Below are positions 8,856 through 18,798 of a stretch of DNA of 64,000 nucleotides, piece by piece (position 1 is the stretch's first letter; every line of letters starts with the position of its first letter). The stretch comes from an uncultured Gammaproteobacteria bacterium. Its GTDB lineage: Bacteria; Pseudomonadota; Gammaproteobacteria; Steroidobacterales; Rariloculaceae. Under the pieces are notes generated by a model, which was not told the DNA's origin, searched no databases, and was given only the letters and a program-made list of their open reading frames with translations. Made by a program: the position numbers and the translations under genes. Where the stretch lies: NCBI GenBank assembly GCA_964384125.1, contig CAYLKA010000001.1:18616-82615 (forward strand), in the 5' to 3' direction.

Positions 8856-9895
8856 GTTCTGAAACCGAAAGTCAGCTCGATACCGAAGAAGCCCGAGAAT
8901 TGATCCAGACATTCCAGAAATCCTTGGACTCCATTCGGGGCGAGGTGCGAAAGGTCATAATTGGACAGGAAGAGGTCGTAGACCATCTGCTAGTGACGCT
9001 CCTGGTGGGCGGCCACTGTCTTATTACCGGCATGCCCGGGACGGCGAAGACATTACTGGTGCGGACTCTTGCGGTCGCTCTAGGGCTTTCCTACAAGCGG
9101 ATACAGTTCACGCCGGACCTCATGCCCACGGACGTGACCGGCACGGACATCATTGAGGAAGACAGTTCCACCGGGCGTCGCACGTGGACCTTTGTTCCGG
9201 GTCCGCTCTTCGCCAATGTGTTGTTGGCCGATGAGGTCAATCGCACGCCACCCAAAACGCAATCGGCCCTGCTTGAGGCGATGCAGGAGCTCACGGTAAC
9301 CGTGCGAGGCAACCTCCACCAGATCTCCCCACCGTTCTTCGTGCTGGCAACCCAGAATCCGATCGAGTTAGAGGGCACTTACCCGCTGCCGGAGGCCCAG
9401 CTCGACCGCTTCCTCTTCAACGTGATACTCGATTACCTCACCGACGACGAAGAGCTATCCGTCGTCGAGCGCTACACGACACGAATGGATATTCCGGAGG
9501 TCACGCCGGTGACCAATCCGGAGCAGATTCTCCAGTTCCAGGCGCTAGTCCGGCAGGTGCCCGTTTCGGAAACCGTGGGCCGGTATGCTGTCGACCTCGT
9601 ACGTGCGACACGTCCAGAAGATCCGATGGCCCCCGACATCGTCAAGCGTTACGTGCAATACGGGGCCAGTGTGCGCGCCACCATGTTCGTCACTTTAGCG
9701 GCTAAAGCCAGGGCGCTGATGATGGGTCGTTACCACGTGACCCATGACGACATCGCGGCGCTGGCATTGCCAGTGATGAGACACCGTGTCCTGACCAACT
9801 ATTTCGCGGAATCGGACAAGGTAAATGTGGACGATGTTCTCAGGCAGCTTGTCGAGGAATTCAGCCCTTCGGGTCGAACGGCGCAAGCAGGCTAG
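8852..9895 (+). CDS. MoxR-family AAA+ ATPase
   Basis: TTG start overlapping the upstream stop (TTGA). Walker A GMPGTAKT, Walker B LLADEVNR, and FFVLATQNPIELEGTYPLPEAQLDRF, which is typical of MoxR/RavA-type ATPases. Confidence 0.95.
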   Translation: MSSETESQLDTEEARELIQTFQKSLDSIRGEVRKVIIGQEEVVDHLLVTLLVGGHCLITGMPGTAKTLLVRTLAVALGLSYKRIQFTPDLMPTDVTGTDIIEEDSSTGRRTWTFVPGPLFANVLLADEVNRTPPKTQSALLEAMQELTVTVRGNLHQISPPFFVLATQNPIELEGTYPLPEAQLDRFLFNVILDYLTDDEELSVVERYTTRMDIPEVTPVTNPEQILQFQALVRQVPVSETVGRYAVDLVRATRPEDPMAPDIVKRYVQYGASVRATMFVTLAAKARALMMGRYHVTHDDIAALALPVMRHRVLTNYFAESDKVNVDDVLRQLVEEFSPSGRTAQAG

Positions 9896-9904
9896 GATCG
9901 ATTC

Positions 9905-10822
9905 GTGTCCGGAATGGCTGAAAGCTCGCCGGGCGATGTCCAACACCTCCTTCACCCTGAAGTACTGGCCGCCCTGTCGAACCTCGAGCTGGTGGCTCGA
10001 GCTGCCGTACACGGTTTCTTAAATGGCCTTCATCGTTCGCCGTTTTTTGGTTTCAGCCAGGAGTTTGCGGAATACAGGATGTATTCTGAGGGTGATGATC
10101 CGCGGTTCGTCGATTGGAACGTGTACGCGCGGACCGAGCGCACCTATATCAAACGTTATCTGGGCGAAACCAATACCCGGCTGGTGATCCTATTGGACGC
10201 GAGCGCGTCGATGGGATACGGGTCAGGTGCCGTGACGAAGTTGCAATATGCGAAGTTTTTGGCTGCGACTCTGGCCTACCTGGCCGCGCAACAGCACGAT
10301 GCGGTTGGATTGATCGTGTTCGACGAGGAGGTGCGTGAGCATCGAGCACCATCATCGCGCGCCGGAAAGTTGAACGGTGTGCTGCATGCGATCGATCGCG
10401 CTTCCCCAGGAACCGGCACGGACCTGAGGGTTCCATTCGAGACCTTCCGTCAGTTCGAGCGTGGACGCGGTTTGGTCGTGGTGATCTCTGATTTCTATTG
10501 CGAGCCTGATGCCATGCTGAAAGGTGTCCAGCCCCTGGCCTATCAAGGGCAAGATGTGGTTCTGTTCCAGCTCTTGGATCCAGAGGAGTTGGAGCCTGAG
10601 CTCAAAGAGTCGGCGCTCATGGAGGACATGGAGACTGGGGAGTCATTGGAAGTTTCGCCGATCTTCATGCGTTCCCGATACAGGGAGAAGATCCAGGAAC
10701 ACGTCCAGGAGTTAAAAGATTGCGCATCCGGTGCGGGGGCGGATCATGCGTTAATTAAGATCACCGATCCACTCGACGTGGCTTTGAGAAATTACCTTTT
10801 ATTCCGCCAGAGGCGCGGCTAA
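9905..10822 (+). CDS. DUF58 domain protein (VWA-like MoxR partner)
   Basis: Contains HRSPFFGFSQEFAEYRMYSEGDDPRFVDWNVYART and the MIDAS-like motif ILLDASASMGYG. The start is GTG 9905, or ATG 9914 in the same frame. Confidence 0.9.
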   Translation: MSGMAESSPGDVQHLLHPEVLAALSNLELVARAAVHGFLNGLHRSPFFGFSQEFAEYRMYSEGDDPRFVDWNVYARTERTYIKRYLGETNTRLVILLDASASMGYGSGAVTKLQYAKFLAATLAYLAAQQHDAVGLIVFDEEVREHRAPSSRAGKLNGVLHAIDRASPGTGTDLRVPFETFRQFERGRGLVVVISDFYCEPDAMLKGVQPLAYQGQDVVLFQLLDPEELEPELKESALMEDMETGESLEVSPIFMRSRYREKIQEHVQELKDCASGAGADHALIKITDPLDVALRNYLLFRQRRG

Positions 10823-12819
10823 TGACGCTTCTCGCACCGTTGTTTCTCCTTGGGCTATTGGCGATCGGCGTGCCGATCTGGCTTCATCGCCTGTCGTCGG
10901 AGAACCCTAACCGTCAGCCTTTCAGCTCGGTCATGTTTTTAGAACCCGGTGAGCCCCGTCGAGTTCTGGCGAAAAAGCTGCAGTATTTGCTTCTGTTTGC
11001 GCTCAGGGTGGGGGTGCTGGTTCTGCTGGCTCTGCTCTTTGCAGGGCTTGCTCTCGAAGGCCGAGTTCAAAACTTGGTGGCTGAGACGGCCAGGCTGCAT
11101 GTAATTGTTATGGATCTCTCGGCCTCCATGGCCCACGGCCAGCGTTGGGACCGCGCTCAGGACCTTGCTGATGCCGTCATTGACGGGCTCGACAACGCCG
11201 ATGTGGCCCAAGTGGTAACCGCGGAACGAATCATTGAGGTCATCGCTGAGCCGTCCCTGGACCGAAACGCGACTCGTCGGGCCGTTGCGGCCGTGGGGCC
11301 AGGCCCTTTTCGGGTCGACTACGGTCAGCTCATCAGTTCCATGGACAGCTTGCTTAGGAGTGCGGAGTTACCGGTCGTAGTTCACATCATCACCGATGCT
11401 CAGCAGACTGCGCTTCCCACGCGGTTTGCTGATCTTGCACCTCGTGCGTCCTATGAGCTGGTGATCCATGACGCGTCGGTATCCGGGGATGACAACTGGG
11501 CGGTGGAGGGGCTGGCCTGGTCGTCAGTGTCTGGAGATTTTGTTGCCACGCTGCATGGATATGCCGATGCGGATGCTGAGCGAACGGTGGCGTTGCGGCT
11601 CAACGGGACGCAGGTGGCAGCCCAGAATATTGAAATCGCGGCCGGCGAGATGGCGCAAGCCCGTTTCGAGGGTCTAGAGCTAGCTGACGGGGCGAACCGT
11701 GTCATTGCTGAGCTTGCCCCTGGGGATGACCTGCTCGCCGACGACGAGCGATACCTGGTTGTGAAGCGCCCGACGCCAAGACCCGTTCTGCTGGTTTCGA
11801 GCGACAGTCGGGGGAGGGCAGAGCTGTTTCTCACATCGGCATTGGGCACGCTGGCCGCTCAGGCTTACCAAATCGAGCAGATCTCACCGGGGGCGCTCGC
11901 GGAAGAGGCACTTGCTGAGTACGTATTCATCGTGGTGGCGGATGCGGGCGCCCTCGCCGAGGACGACGCCGCGATCTTGGGTGAGTATGTGGAATCGGGC
12001 GGGGCCTTGCTCATGACCCTAGCCCAACGTTCGGCTGGGCTGGGACAGGTGCCGGTGACCGGGCACGCGTTCGAGCCCTTTTCCCAGTTCGGTATGGAAG
12101 AGGGTGAGTTTCTCGTCGTTGGGACAATGGACCGATCTCACCCGGGTCTGGCTCAGATGGATGAGCTGCGGTCTGCTCGGTTTTACCGTCATATTTCGCT
12201 TCAGCCCGTGGAGACGGACCGAGTGCTCATTCGTCTCGAAGAGGGTTCCCCGCTGTTAGTCGAGCACTCGCTAGGCGATGGCCGGGTCATCATTTTTGGT
12301 TCGTCGCTGGATAGGGAGTGGAACGACCTGCCGGTGCAGCCAGTGTTCGTGCCCTTGATTGCGCAACTGTCCGCCTATCTTGCGGGCGATCACCAGATCA
12401 GCGCTGAAGCTCGTTTAGGCGGCACGCTGTCGGCTCGCGCCATGGGTTTTGCAGGAGGGCAGATATTTGCGCCCGACGGTGAGGCGGCGCTCGGGCTAGC
12501 AGGCGCTGGTGCGGGCGATGATGTGCTCGTGGAGCAGGTCGGGTTCTACGAGGTTGTGGCCTCGGGCCAGACAGAACTGGTGGCTGTCAATGTGGATCAA
12601 AGGGAATCCGATGTTACGCCGATGCAGGCCAATGGACTTACGCGCTGGCGCGATTTGAGCCCCGGGGCGAGTCAGGCGGGCGGTGGTAACGTGGCGCTTA
12701 TGGAAACTCCCCCTACCGAGCTATGGCCCTGGATACTTGCCTTGCTGGTTGTGGTGGTTTTCGTAGAATCCTGGGTTGGAAACTGGCATCTTAGGGTGCG
12801 GAGAGGGATTGCGACATGA
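10822..12819 (+). CDS. BatA-type protein: N-terminal double-TM aerotolerance domain plus VWA domain
   Basis: N-terminus MTLLAPLFLLGLLAIGVPIWLHRL. MIDAS motif VIVMDLSASMAHG. C-terminal TM helix WPWILALLVVVVFVESW. TAATG junction with DUF58 and ATGA junction with the next gene. Confidence 0.85.
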   Translation: MTLLAPLFLLGLLAIGVPIWLHRLSSENPNRQPFSSVMFLEPGEPRRVLAKKLQYLLLFALRVGVLVLLALLFAGLALEGRVQNLVAETARLHVIVMDLSASMAHGQRWDRAQDLADAVIDGLDNADVAQVVTAERIIEVIAEPSLDRNATRRAVAAVGPGPFRVDYGQLISSMDSLLRSAELPVVVHIITDAQQTALPTRFADLAPRASYELVIHDASVSGDDNWAVEGLAWSSVSGDFVATLHGYADADAERTVALRLNGTQVAAQNIEIAAGEMAQARFEGLELADGANRVIAELAPGDDLLADDERYLVVKRPTPRPVLLVSSDSRGRAELFLTSALGTLAAQAYQIEQISPGALAEEALAEYVFIVVADAGALAEDDAAILGEYVESGGALLMTLAQRSAGLGQVPVTGHAFEPFSQFGMEEGEFLVVGTMDRSHPGLAQMDELRSARFYRHISLQPVETDRVLIRLEEGSPLLVEHSLGDGRVIIFGSSLDREWNDLPVQPVFVPLIAQLSAYLAGDHQISAEARLGGTLSARAMGFAGGQIFAPDGEAALGLAGAGAGDDVLVEQVGFYEVVASGQTELVAVNVDQRESDVTPMQANGLTRWRDLSPGASQAGGGNVALMETPPTELWPWILALLVVVVFVESWVGNWHLRVRRGIAT

Positions 12820-15800
12820 CGGAACGTAAACAACTGGAAGCCTATCTCGGCGAGTTCCGCCAGCGCCTTAGGACGTCAATCGTCGCACGGGGTTTGGCGG
12901 TACTCTGCGTGGCCGCATTGGCGATTACCTTGGTGGCGGTCCTGATGGGCACCCGGCAAGCGTTTCCGACCGAACTCATGAGCGGCGCCCGCCTTTTCCT
13001 GGCCCTGTCGCTCGGTGCGATCGCCCTGGCGCTCATGGTGTATCCGCTGAGAACCCTGCGTCGGACTCGGGGGATCTCGGATATTGAAAAGCGTGCTCCG
13101 GACTTCGACGGGCGAATCGAGACCTATGACAAACTGGCGGTTCAGAGCGAGGAGGGTGCGGGCAAGCCGTCACCGTTCCTCGGGCTGCTCGCGGAGGATG
13201 CGCTCAATCTAGCTCGTCGGATCCCCGTATCCCTGAAGGTGCCCAACTGGGAAATTTCGGCACCCGCCGCTCTCGCCGTGATCGCGCTGGGGGCACTAGT
13301 GTGGTTTGCTGCCGTTGGGCCCGACAACTGGCGTTATGGAGTCCGCCATCTATGGGCTGGTTGGGTCCTTTCCGACACGCTGCCACCTCAGAGGGTGGTG
13401 GTGAATCCCGGAGACGGTGCCGTGCGCCTCGGGGGCGATCTGTTCATCGACGCCCGCGCAGAGGGTTTCGATCCCGCAGAGGCGGAAGTCTTCGCACTTT
13501 TCGAGGGGAGTGAGGACTGGGAGAGTGCGCCGATGCTCACCGGTGAGGGTGACGACTTTGAATTCACGTTCTTCGCCGTCCGTGAGCCACTGCGTTACTA
13601 CGTCGTCTCCGCGGGTGTCCACAGTCCCGAATATTCCATCGAGGTCGTGGCTCTACCTCGTGTGAGAAACGTCAAACTCACCTATCACTACCCTAGATGG
13701 ACCCAATTAGAGACCGACATTACCGACCCAGGGGGTGACATCAGCGCCGTCGCCGGTACTCAGGTCGAGGTGGAGGTGACCACTGACCAGCCGCTGAACG
13801 GAGCCGAGCTAATGGTCAACGGTGAGGTACTCGCCATGACGACGGCGGGTGCGGTAGCTACGGCCACACTAGAAGTGGAGGAGGACGGTGAGTATTTCGT
13901 CTCCACCTTTTTTAACGAGGACCCCGTGCGTTTGACGGACGATTATTTCATCGACGTCGTTCCGGACAACAAGCCGGTGGTCAAGGTCATTCGGCCCGGG
14001 CGAGACTGGAAGGCGAGCAATATTGAGGAAGTCTCGGTTCGGATAGAGGCAACCGACGACTTCGGTCTGGATCAACTGGATCTGCACTATTCGATTAACG
14101 GTGGGGAATGGAGTGCGATTTCCCTGGACGTTGACGGTGCCTACACGCTCAGCGAGGAGGTTTTGTACCTAGAGGAGCTCGGCAAGACTGTCGGCGCGAG
14201 CAATCTGTTGGACTTGTTGATGGAGAACGAGCAGAGCGCGGAGCCTGAGACCGAGGCGGTAGTTTCGAGCCTTGAGCCGGGTGATCTCATTTCCTATTAC
14301 GCCGAAGCTCGTGATCGGGATACATCCGAACGCACCGATCTGTTCTTCTTAGAGGTCCAACCCTTTGATCGTAGCTATTCGCAGTCCATGCAGGGCGGTG
14401 GCGGTGGCGGTGGCGGCGGTGGCCAGCAGCAGGACGAAATTTCTCAGCGGCAAAAGGAAATCCTCCTTGCGACGTGGAACCTGATCCGTGAGCAGGGAGA
14501 GCAGACCGGATTTCAGGACGAGCAGCAGTTGGCGGACAACGCACAAATGTTGTCGGAGCTGCAGCGAACGTTGGCTGAGCAGGCGCGAACGCTTGCGAAT
14601 AGGACTCGAGCCCGCCAGCTAACCAGTGTCGACGAGCAGATACAGACCTTTGTTGAGAGTCTGGAGAGTGCCGCCGAGGCCATGATACCGGCGGCGGATC
14701 GTCTGGTAGATCTTGAGTTCGACCAGGCGGTTCCGTCCGAACAGGAAGCCCTCCAGCATCTGCTAAAAGCTGAAGCGGTGTTTACCGATATCCAGGTGTC
14801 CTTCCAGCAGGGTGGTGGTGGCGGTGGTGGTGGCGGTTTCGCCGGACGCGATCTTGCCGAGTTATTCGAGCTCGAGATGGACCTGGAGAAGAACCAATAC
14901 GAGACCGAGTCCCCCGCCTCGTTTGACAGTGGTCCCGAGGCGGAAGCTGACGAAGCCATTGCCAAGCTCCAGGAGCTTGCGCGCCGGCAGGAAAGCCTCG
15001 CCCGGCAGGCCAATCGACAACAATCCTTAACCGAGGAGGAACGCTGGCAGCAGCAGGAGTTGCGACGGGAGACCGAGGAGTTGCGCAGGCAGTTGGAGGA
15101 ATTGCGTCAGGCGGCGGCTCAGCAACAGCAGCAACAGGGGCAGCAGTCAGGACAACAATCCGGTCAGCAGTCCGCGCAACAGTCTGGTCAGGGGGCGCAG
15201 GGTGCTGCGGCCGAGGCGATTCGTCAGTTGGACAATGCGCTCCAGGCGATGGATCGCGCGCAGGCCCAGAGCGCAGAGGATCCGGAGCAGACTCAGCGGG
15301 CGATCGAGCAAGCACGTCGTCAGCTCGACCGGGCCTTGGAGCAGATGACCGCTCAGCGTCAAGCGGCGGCGGAGGAGGTATTCTCCGATCTTCGTGAGCG
15401 GTCTCAAGACCTCCTTGATGATCAGCGCCAATTGGCTGCCGAGCTGCAACAGGTCGCGCGAGAAGCCCTAGAGAATAGGGACGATGACGGCGTCCGAGAG
15501 AGCCCGTTGGACGATGACGAGGCGATCGAGTTGGCCGAGCGAAAAAGGGAGATGCAGCGCGAGCTGGAGGCGCTTGAGCAGGATATCCAAGAGGTCTCGC
15601 AGCGATTCCGCGGCCAGACCCCTGGGGCGTCCGAGGAGCTCAACAACGCGCTGTCGGACCTCCAACAGACTCAGGTGGTACGACGTCTGGCTTACGCCGC
15701 AGAGATGATTCGTCGCGGACTCGCTGATGAGCTCGCGCCGTTCGAAGGTATTGTCACGACCGCATTGGATGACCTTCGCCGGGATACCGAATCCGCGCTC

Positions 15801-16439
15801 ACCTTAGCGAGTCGCGAAGCCCGAGAGGGGCAGCAGATGGAGCAGGACCCAACTTCAGAGTTGGTGGCCGAGCTGCAGGCACTACGCCGTGAGCTTGCCG
15901 AGTTGCAGAACGGTGGGTCTGCGCAGGAGGGCCAAGAAGGCCAGGGCGCTGCTCAAGGCGGACAGAACGGTGGTCAGAACGCGGGCGGACAGTTTGGCGG
16001 TAATCAGTTCGGCGGCGGTCCTGGTGGGGGCGAATACGCTGATCGGCGCGGGTTGGGTTTCTGGGATCCGGAGAGCCCGTTGGGGCTCGATCCGGCGGCT
16101 CAGGAGGAGCTGGAAGCTCGGTTACAGGAAGCCGGGCGTGACCTTCTCGCATTGGGCACGAGGCTGAGGGCCGAGGGCCTGACAGTGGAAGAGCTTGAAG
16201 CCATTCGACGCTTAGGCGACGCGCTGAGGGGTGGTTTGCCGGGCAACCCCCAGCTGATCGAGCAGGAGTATCTCGCCATGCTAGATTTGGTGGAGCAGCT
16301 CGAGCTACAGCTAGTCGCTGATCAGCTCGAGGCTGAGGAGTCCGCTGTTCGTACGCAGACCCCGGCTGAGGTCGCACGCGAGTACGAGGAGGCTGTGGCC
16401 GAGTATTTCCGGCAATTGAGTCGCTCCGAGCAGCGTTAA
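12816..16439 (+). CDS. Large membrane-anchored coiled-coil / low-complexity protein (DUF4175-like terminal gene of Bat-like operons)
   Basis: 1207-aa ORF with three N-terminal TM helices, Gly runs, a QQSG-type repeat, E/R/Q-rich coiled-coil stretches and a GQNGG tail. The family name is from memory of alphaproteobacterial MoxR/DUF58 clusters. Confidence 0.7.
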   Translation: MTERKQLEAYLGEFRQRLRTSIVARGLAVLCVAALAITLVAVLMGTRQAFPTELMSGARLFLALSLGAIALALMVYPLRTLRRTRGISDIEKRAPDFDGRIETYDKLAVQSEEGAGKPSPFLGLLAEDALNLARRIPVSLKVPNWEISAPAALAVIALGALVWFAAVGPDNWRYGVRHLWAGWVLSDTLPPQRVVVNPGDGAVRLGGDLFIDARAEGFDPAEAEVFALFEGSEDWESAPMLTGEGDDFEFTFFAVREPLRYYVVSAGVHSPEYSIEVVALPRVRNVKLTYHYPRWTQLETDITDPGGDISAVAGTQVEVEVTTDQPLNGAELMVNGEVLAMTTAGAVATATLEVEEDGEYFVSTFFNEDPVRLTDDYFIDVVPDNKPVVKVIRPGRDWKASNIEEVSVRIEATDDFGLDQLDLHYSINGGEWSAISLDVDGAYTLSEEVLYLEELGKTVGASNLLDLLMENEQSAEPETEAVVSSLEPGDLISYYAEARDRDTSERTDLFFLEVQPFDRSYSQSMQGGGGGGGGGGQQQDEISQRQKEILLATWNLIREQGEQTGFQDEQQLADNAQMLSELQRTLAEQARTLANRTRARQLTSVDEQIQTFVESLESAAEAMIPAADRLVDLEFDQAVPSEQEALQHLLKAEAVFTDIQVSFQQGGGGGGGGGFAGRDLAELFELEMDLEKNQYETESPASFDSGPEAEADEAIAKLQELARRQESLARQANRQQSLTEEERWQQQELRRETEELRRQLEELRQAAAQQQQQQGQQSGQQSGQQSAQQSGQGAQGAAAEAIRQLDNALQAMDRAQAQSAEDPEQTQRAIEQARRQLDRALEQMTAQRQAAAEEVFSDLRERSQDLLDDQRQLAAELQQVAREALENRDDDGVRESPLDDDEAIELAERKREMQRELEALEQDIQEVSQRFRGQTPGASEELNNALSDLQQTQVVRRLAYAAEMIRRGLADELAPFEGIVTTALDDLRRDTESALTLASREAREGQQMEQDPTSELVAELQALRRELAELQNGGSAQEGQEGQGAAQGGQNGGQNAGGQFGGNQFGGGPGGGEYADRRGLGFWDPESPLGLDPAAQEELEARLQEAGRDLLALGTRLRAEGLTVEELEAIRRLGDALRGGLPGNPQLIEQEYLAMLDLVEQLELQLVADQLEAEESAVRTQTPAEVAREYEEAVAEYFRQLSRSEQR
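14394..14423 (+). repeat. In-frame (GGY)10 trinucleotide tract encoding Gly10
   Basis: Codons read directly: ggc ggt ggc ggt ggc ggt ggc ggc ggt ggc, followed by cag cag cag. Confidence 0.9.
14811..14837 (+). repeat. In-frame (GGY)9 trinucleotide tract encoding Gly9
   Basis: Codons read directly: ggt ggt ggt ggc ggt ggt ggt ggc ggt, preceded by cag cag. Confidence 0.9.
15120..15203 (+). repeat. In-frame CAR-rich tract encoding Q6 followed by degenerate QQSG repeats
   Basis: Translates to QQQQQQGQQSGQQSGQQSAQQSGQGAQG, with near-repeated 12-nt units (cagcagtcagga / caacaatccggt / cagcagtccgcg / caacagtctggt). Confidence 0.85.
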
Positions 16440-16534
16440 AATGCGCCTGCGTAGGGTTGCAGCGAATTCCTTAAAAGCCATCTTTTTGTCTCACCGGCCG
16501 TAAAATTCGGACGCCAAGGTGTGATAATCAGCGC

Positions 16535-17302
16535 ATGGAGCAGCTGCGGCAGAACCAGGAGAGGGAGCCCGGCGCGCGAGCCTTGAGTGCCCCCGGGGAG
16601 ACCTCGCCGAGGATCCGAACACGCAATCTGCAGCGCCGGTACTCGATGGGGGGAGAGGTCATACATGCCCTGCGCGGAGTCGACCTCGAGATCAACTCGG
16701 GGGAATACGTCGCCGTCATGGGGCCGTCCGGGTCCGGAAAATCGACGCTCATGAACTTGATTGGCTGTCTGGATACGCCTGACGACGGCGAATACTGGCT
16801 GAACGGTAAGCTAGTATCCGAGATGGATGACTCCGAGCTTGCCAAGGTGCGCAACAAGGAAGTTGGCTTCGTGTTCCAGACCTTCAATCTGTTACCGCGC
16901 GCTAACGCGCTTCACAACGTGGAAATGCCGTTGATCTACGGCGGCATGAAAAGCAAAGAACGCCTAGAACGCGCTGCCGGTGCACTGACCCGTGTGGGCT
17001 TGGGAGACCGCATGGACCACCGGCCCAGTGAGATGTCTGGAGGGCAGCGGCAGCGTGTGGCCGTCGCCCGAGCGCTTGTTACCGAGCCCAGCATTCTTTT
17101 GGCCGACGAGCCGACCGGGAACCTGGATACGGCGACGGGCCAGGAAATGATGGCACTGTTCGACGAACTGCACGATTGGGGCAATACGATCATACTCGTC
17201 ACTCATGAGGTGGGGGTCGCGAACCACGCAGCCCGAGCCGTGCTCCTGCGCGATGGCGCGATTGAGGAAGATCGAGAGATGTTGAGGAAAGGTGGGCACT
17301 GA
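16535..17302 (+). CDS. ABC transporter ATP-binding protein (MacB/LolD-type ATPase without a fused permease)
   Basis: Walker [10 protein letters not shown], signature [15 protein letters not shown], Walker [14 protein letters not shown]-loop VTHE. The start is uncertain because the N-terminal 30 aa look atypical. Confidence 0.9.
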   Translation: MEQLRQNQEREPGARALSAPGETSPRIRTRNLQRRYSMGGEVIHALRGVDLEINSGEYVAVMGPSGSGKSTLMNLIGCLDTPDDGEYWLNGKLVSEMDDSELAKVRNKEVGFVFQTFNLLPRANALHNVEMPLIYGGMKSKERLERAAGALTRVGLGDRMDHRPSEMSGGQRQRVAVARALVTEPSILLADEPTGNLDTATGQEMMALFDELHDWGNTIILVTHEVGVANHAARAVLLRDGAIEEDREMLRKGGH

Positions 17303-18702
17303 TGCGTGCTTTCTCCGCAGCGCTAATGGCGATGTCCCTAGGGGCTTGTGAGCAGCAGCAGCCGGATGTTGTGGTGCCGTTGTACGATGTGACACCGGTG
17401 GAGACTCGACCGATCCAGGTCAGCGTCGATGCGGCGGGGGTGATAGAACCCGAGATAACCGTGGAGGTTAAATCTAAGGCGTCAGGGGAGATTCTGGCGA
17501 TTCACGCGGAGACGGGCGATGTCGTCGAGGCAGGATTCCTGCTGGTCGAGATCGATCAGCGCGTGCCGCGTAACACCGTCGCAGAGGCTGAGGCGAGTCT
17601 GGTGGCCGCGCAGGCGAGGCGGGCTATTGCGGAGACACAGATGGAGCGTTCAAGGACGCTCTTTGGTTCCGGCACGGTGACAGAGACCGAGTACGAACAG
17701 GCGCAACTGGAGTTCGCCAACTCGGAGGCGCAGGTTATCGGTGGTGAGGTCGCGCTCGAAAACGCGCGCATCGCTATGGACGATACTGAAGTCAGAGCGC
17801 CTATAACCGGGACGCTCATCGAAAAGCCGGTTGAGCAGGGTATGGTCATTTCTTCGCCCATCCGGGACGTTGCCGGCGGGACGATTCTATTGAGGATGGC
17901 TGACCTGACGACCGTTCTCGTCCGCACGCTCGTCGACGAGACAGATATCGGCAAAATCAGACCCGGAATGCCGACTCAGGTCACGATGGCCGCTTACCCC
18001 AATCAGCCCTTTGAGGGTGAGGTATTGAAGATCGAGCCCCAGGCCATCGTTGAGCAGAATGTCACGATGTTCGCTGTGCTGATACGCCTAGAAAACCGCG
18101 GGAGTCTCCTGATGCCAGGAATGAATGCGGATGTGGAGATAAGAATAGCCAGCCGAGACTCGGTAGTGGCCGTACCAACGATGGCGTTACGCGCAGACAG
18201 CGACATTCCAGCAGTTGCTGTCATGTTGGGGATCGAAGAGGCGCAGTTGCGCGATGCGCTGGGCCGCCCATCGGAAGGGCTTAATGACAACGCCGTGGCG
18301 GGGGAGGCGGCGTTAGAGCTAACGCAACTCAGGGCGCTTGTTAGCAAACGCCGAAGTGGGGAGGCATTAAGTCCTCAGGAGGAATCGCGGCTCAGAGTGG
18401 CGATGCAACGTGCCAGTAATGGCGCAGCTGCGGTAAGCCGACACAATGTCGGGACCGATTATCAGTTCGGCGGCGATTATTGGGCGGTGGCGTTGAGGAA
18501 CGGTGCGCCAGTCCCGGTACCGGTTCGCACCGGGGTAACGGATTTGGAGTACAGCGAGGTTGTCGCTGGTTTGAAGCCCGACGATCAGATACTGCTCCTC
18601 CCCAGCACGAGCCTTTTCGAACAACAGGAAGCGTTACAGAGATTTATCTCTGACCGGTTCTCCTCATCGCCTTTCCAGCAGGGCTCAGGTCGAGGCCGGT
18701 AG
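17302..18702 (+). CDS. Efflux transporter periplasmic adaptor (HlyD/MacA family membrane fusion protein)
   Basis: ATG overlaps the upstream TGA. Lipoyl/hairpin/beta-barrel pattern (VKSKASGEILAIHAETGDVVEAGFLLVEID; coiled-coil AEAEASLVAAQARRAIAETQMERSR; VRAPITGTLIEKPVEQG). Confidence 0.85.
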   Translation: MRAFSAALMAMSLGACEQQQPDVVVPLYDVTPVETRPIQVSVDAAGVIEPEITVEVKSKASGEILAIHAETGDVVEAGFLLVEIDQRVPRNTVAEAEASLVAAQARRAIAETQMERSRTLFGSGTVTETEYEQAQLEFANSEAQVIGGEVALENARIAMDDTEVRAPITGTLIEKPVEQGMVISSPIRDVAGGTILLRMADLTTVLVRTLVDETDIGKIRPGMPTQVTMAAYPNQPFEGEVLKIEPQAIVEQNVTMFAVLIRLENRGSLLMPGMNADVEIRIASRDSVVAVPTMALRADSDIPAVAVMLGIEEAQLRDALGRPSEGLNDNAVAGEAALELTQLRALVSKRRSGEALSPQEESRLRVAMQRASNGAAAVSRHNVGTDYQFGGDYWAVALRNGAPVPVPVRTGVTDLEYSEVVAGLKPDDQILLLPSTSLFEQQEALQRFISDRFSSSPFQQGSGRGR

Positions 18703-18798
18703 CTTAGGGTGCGCCCCCCGGCTATTCCTTTAAATCACACTCAAAATCAGTAAACTCTCCGGCTTTCCGCTTGACACATTTCCGGAGAGTGATTTCAC

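Noticed and set aside
14394-15203. Repeat tracts considered as a CRISPR array, a minisatellite locus or a frameshift-type contingency locus.
   Set aside because: The tracts are in-frame codon repeats (Gly, Gln/Ser/Gly) inside one continuous 1207-codon ORF. There is no repeat-spacer architecture and no unit length that is not a multiple of three.
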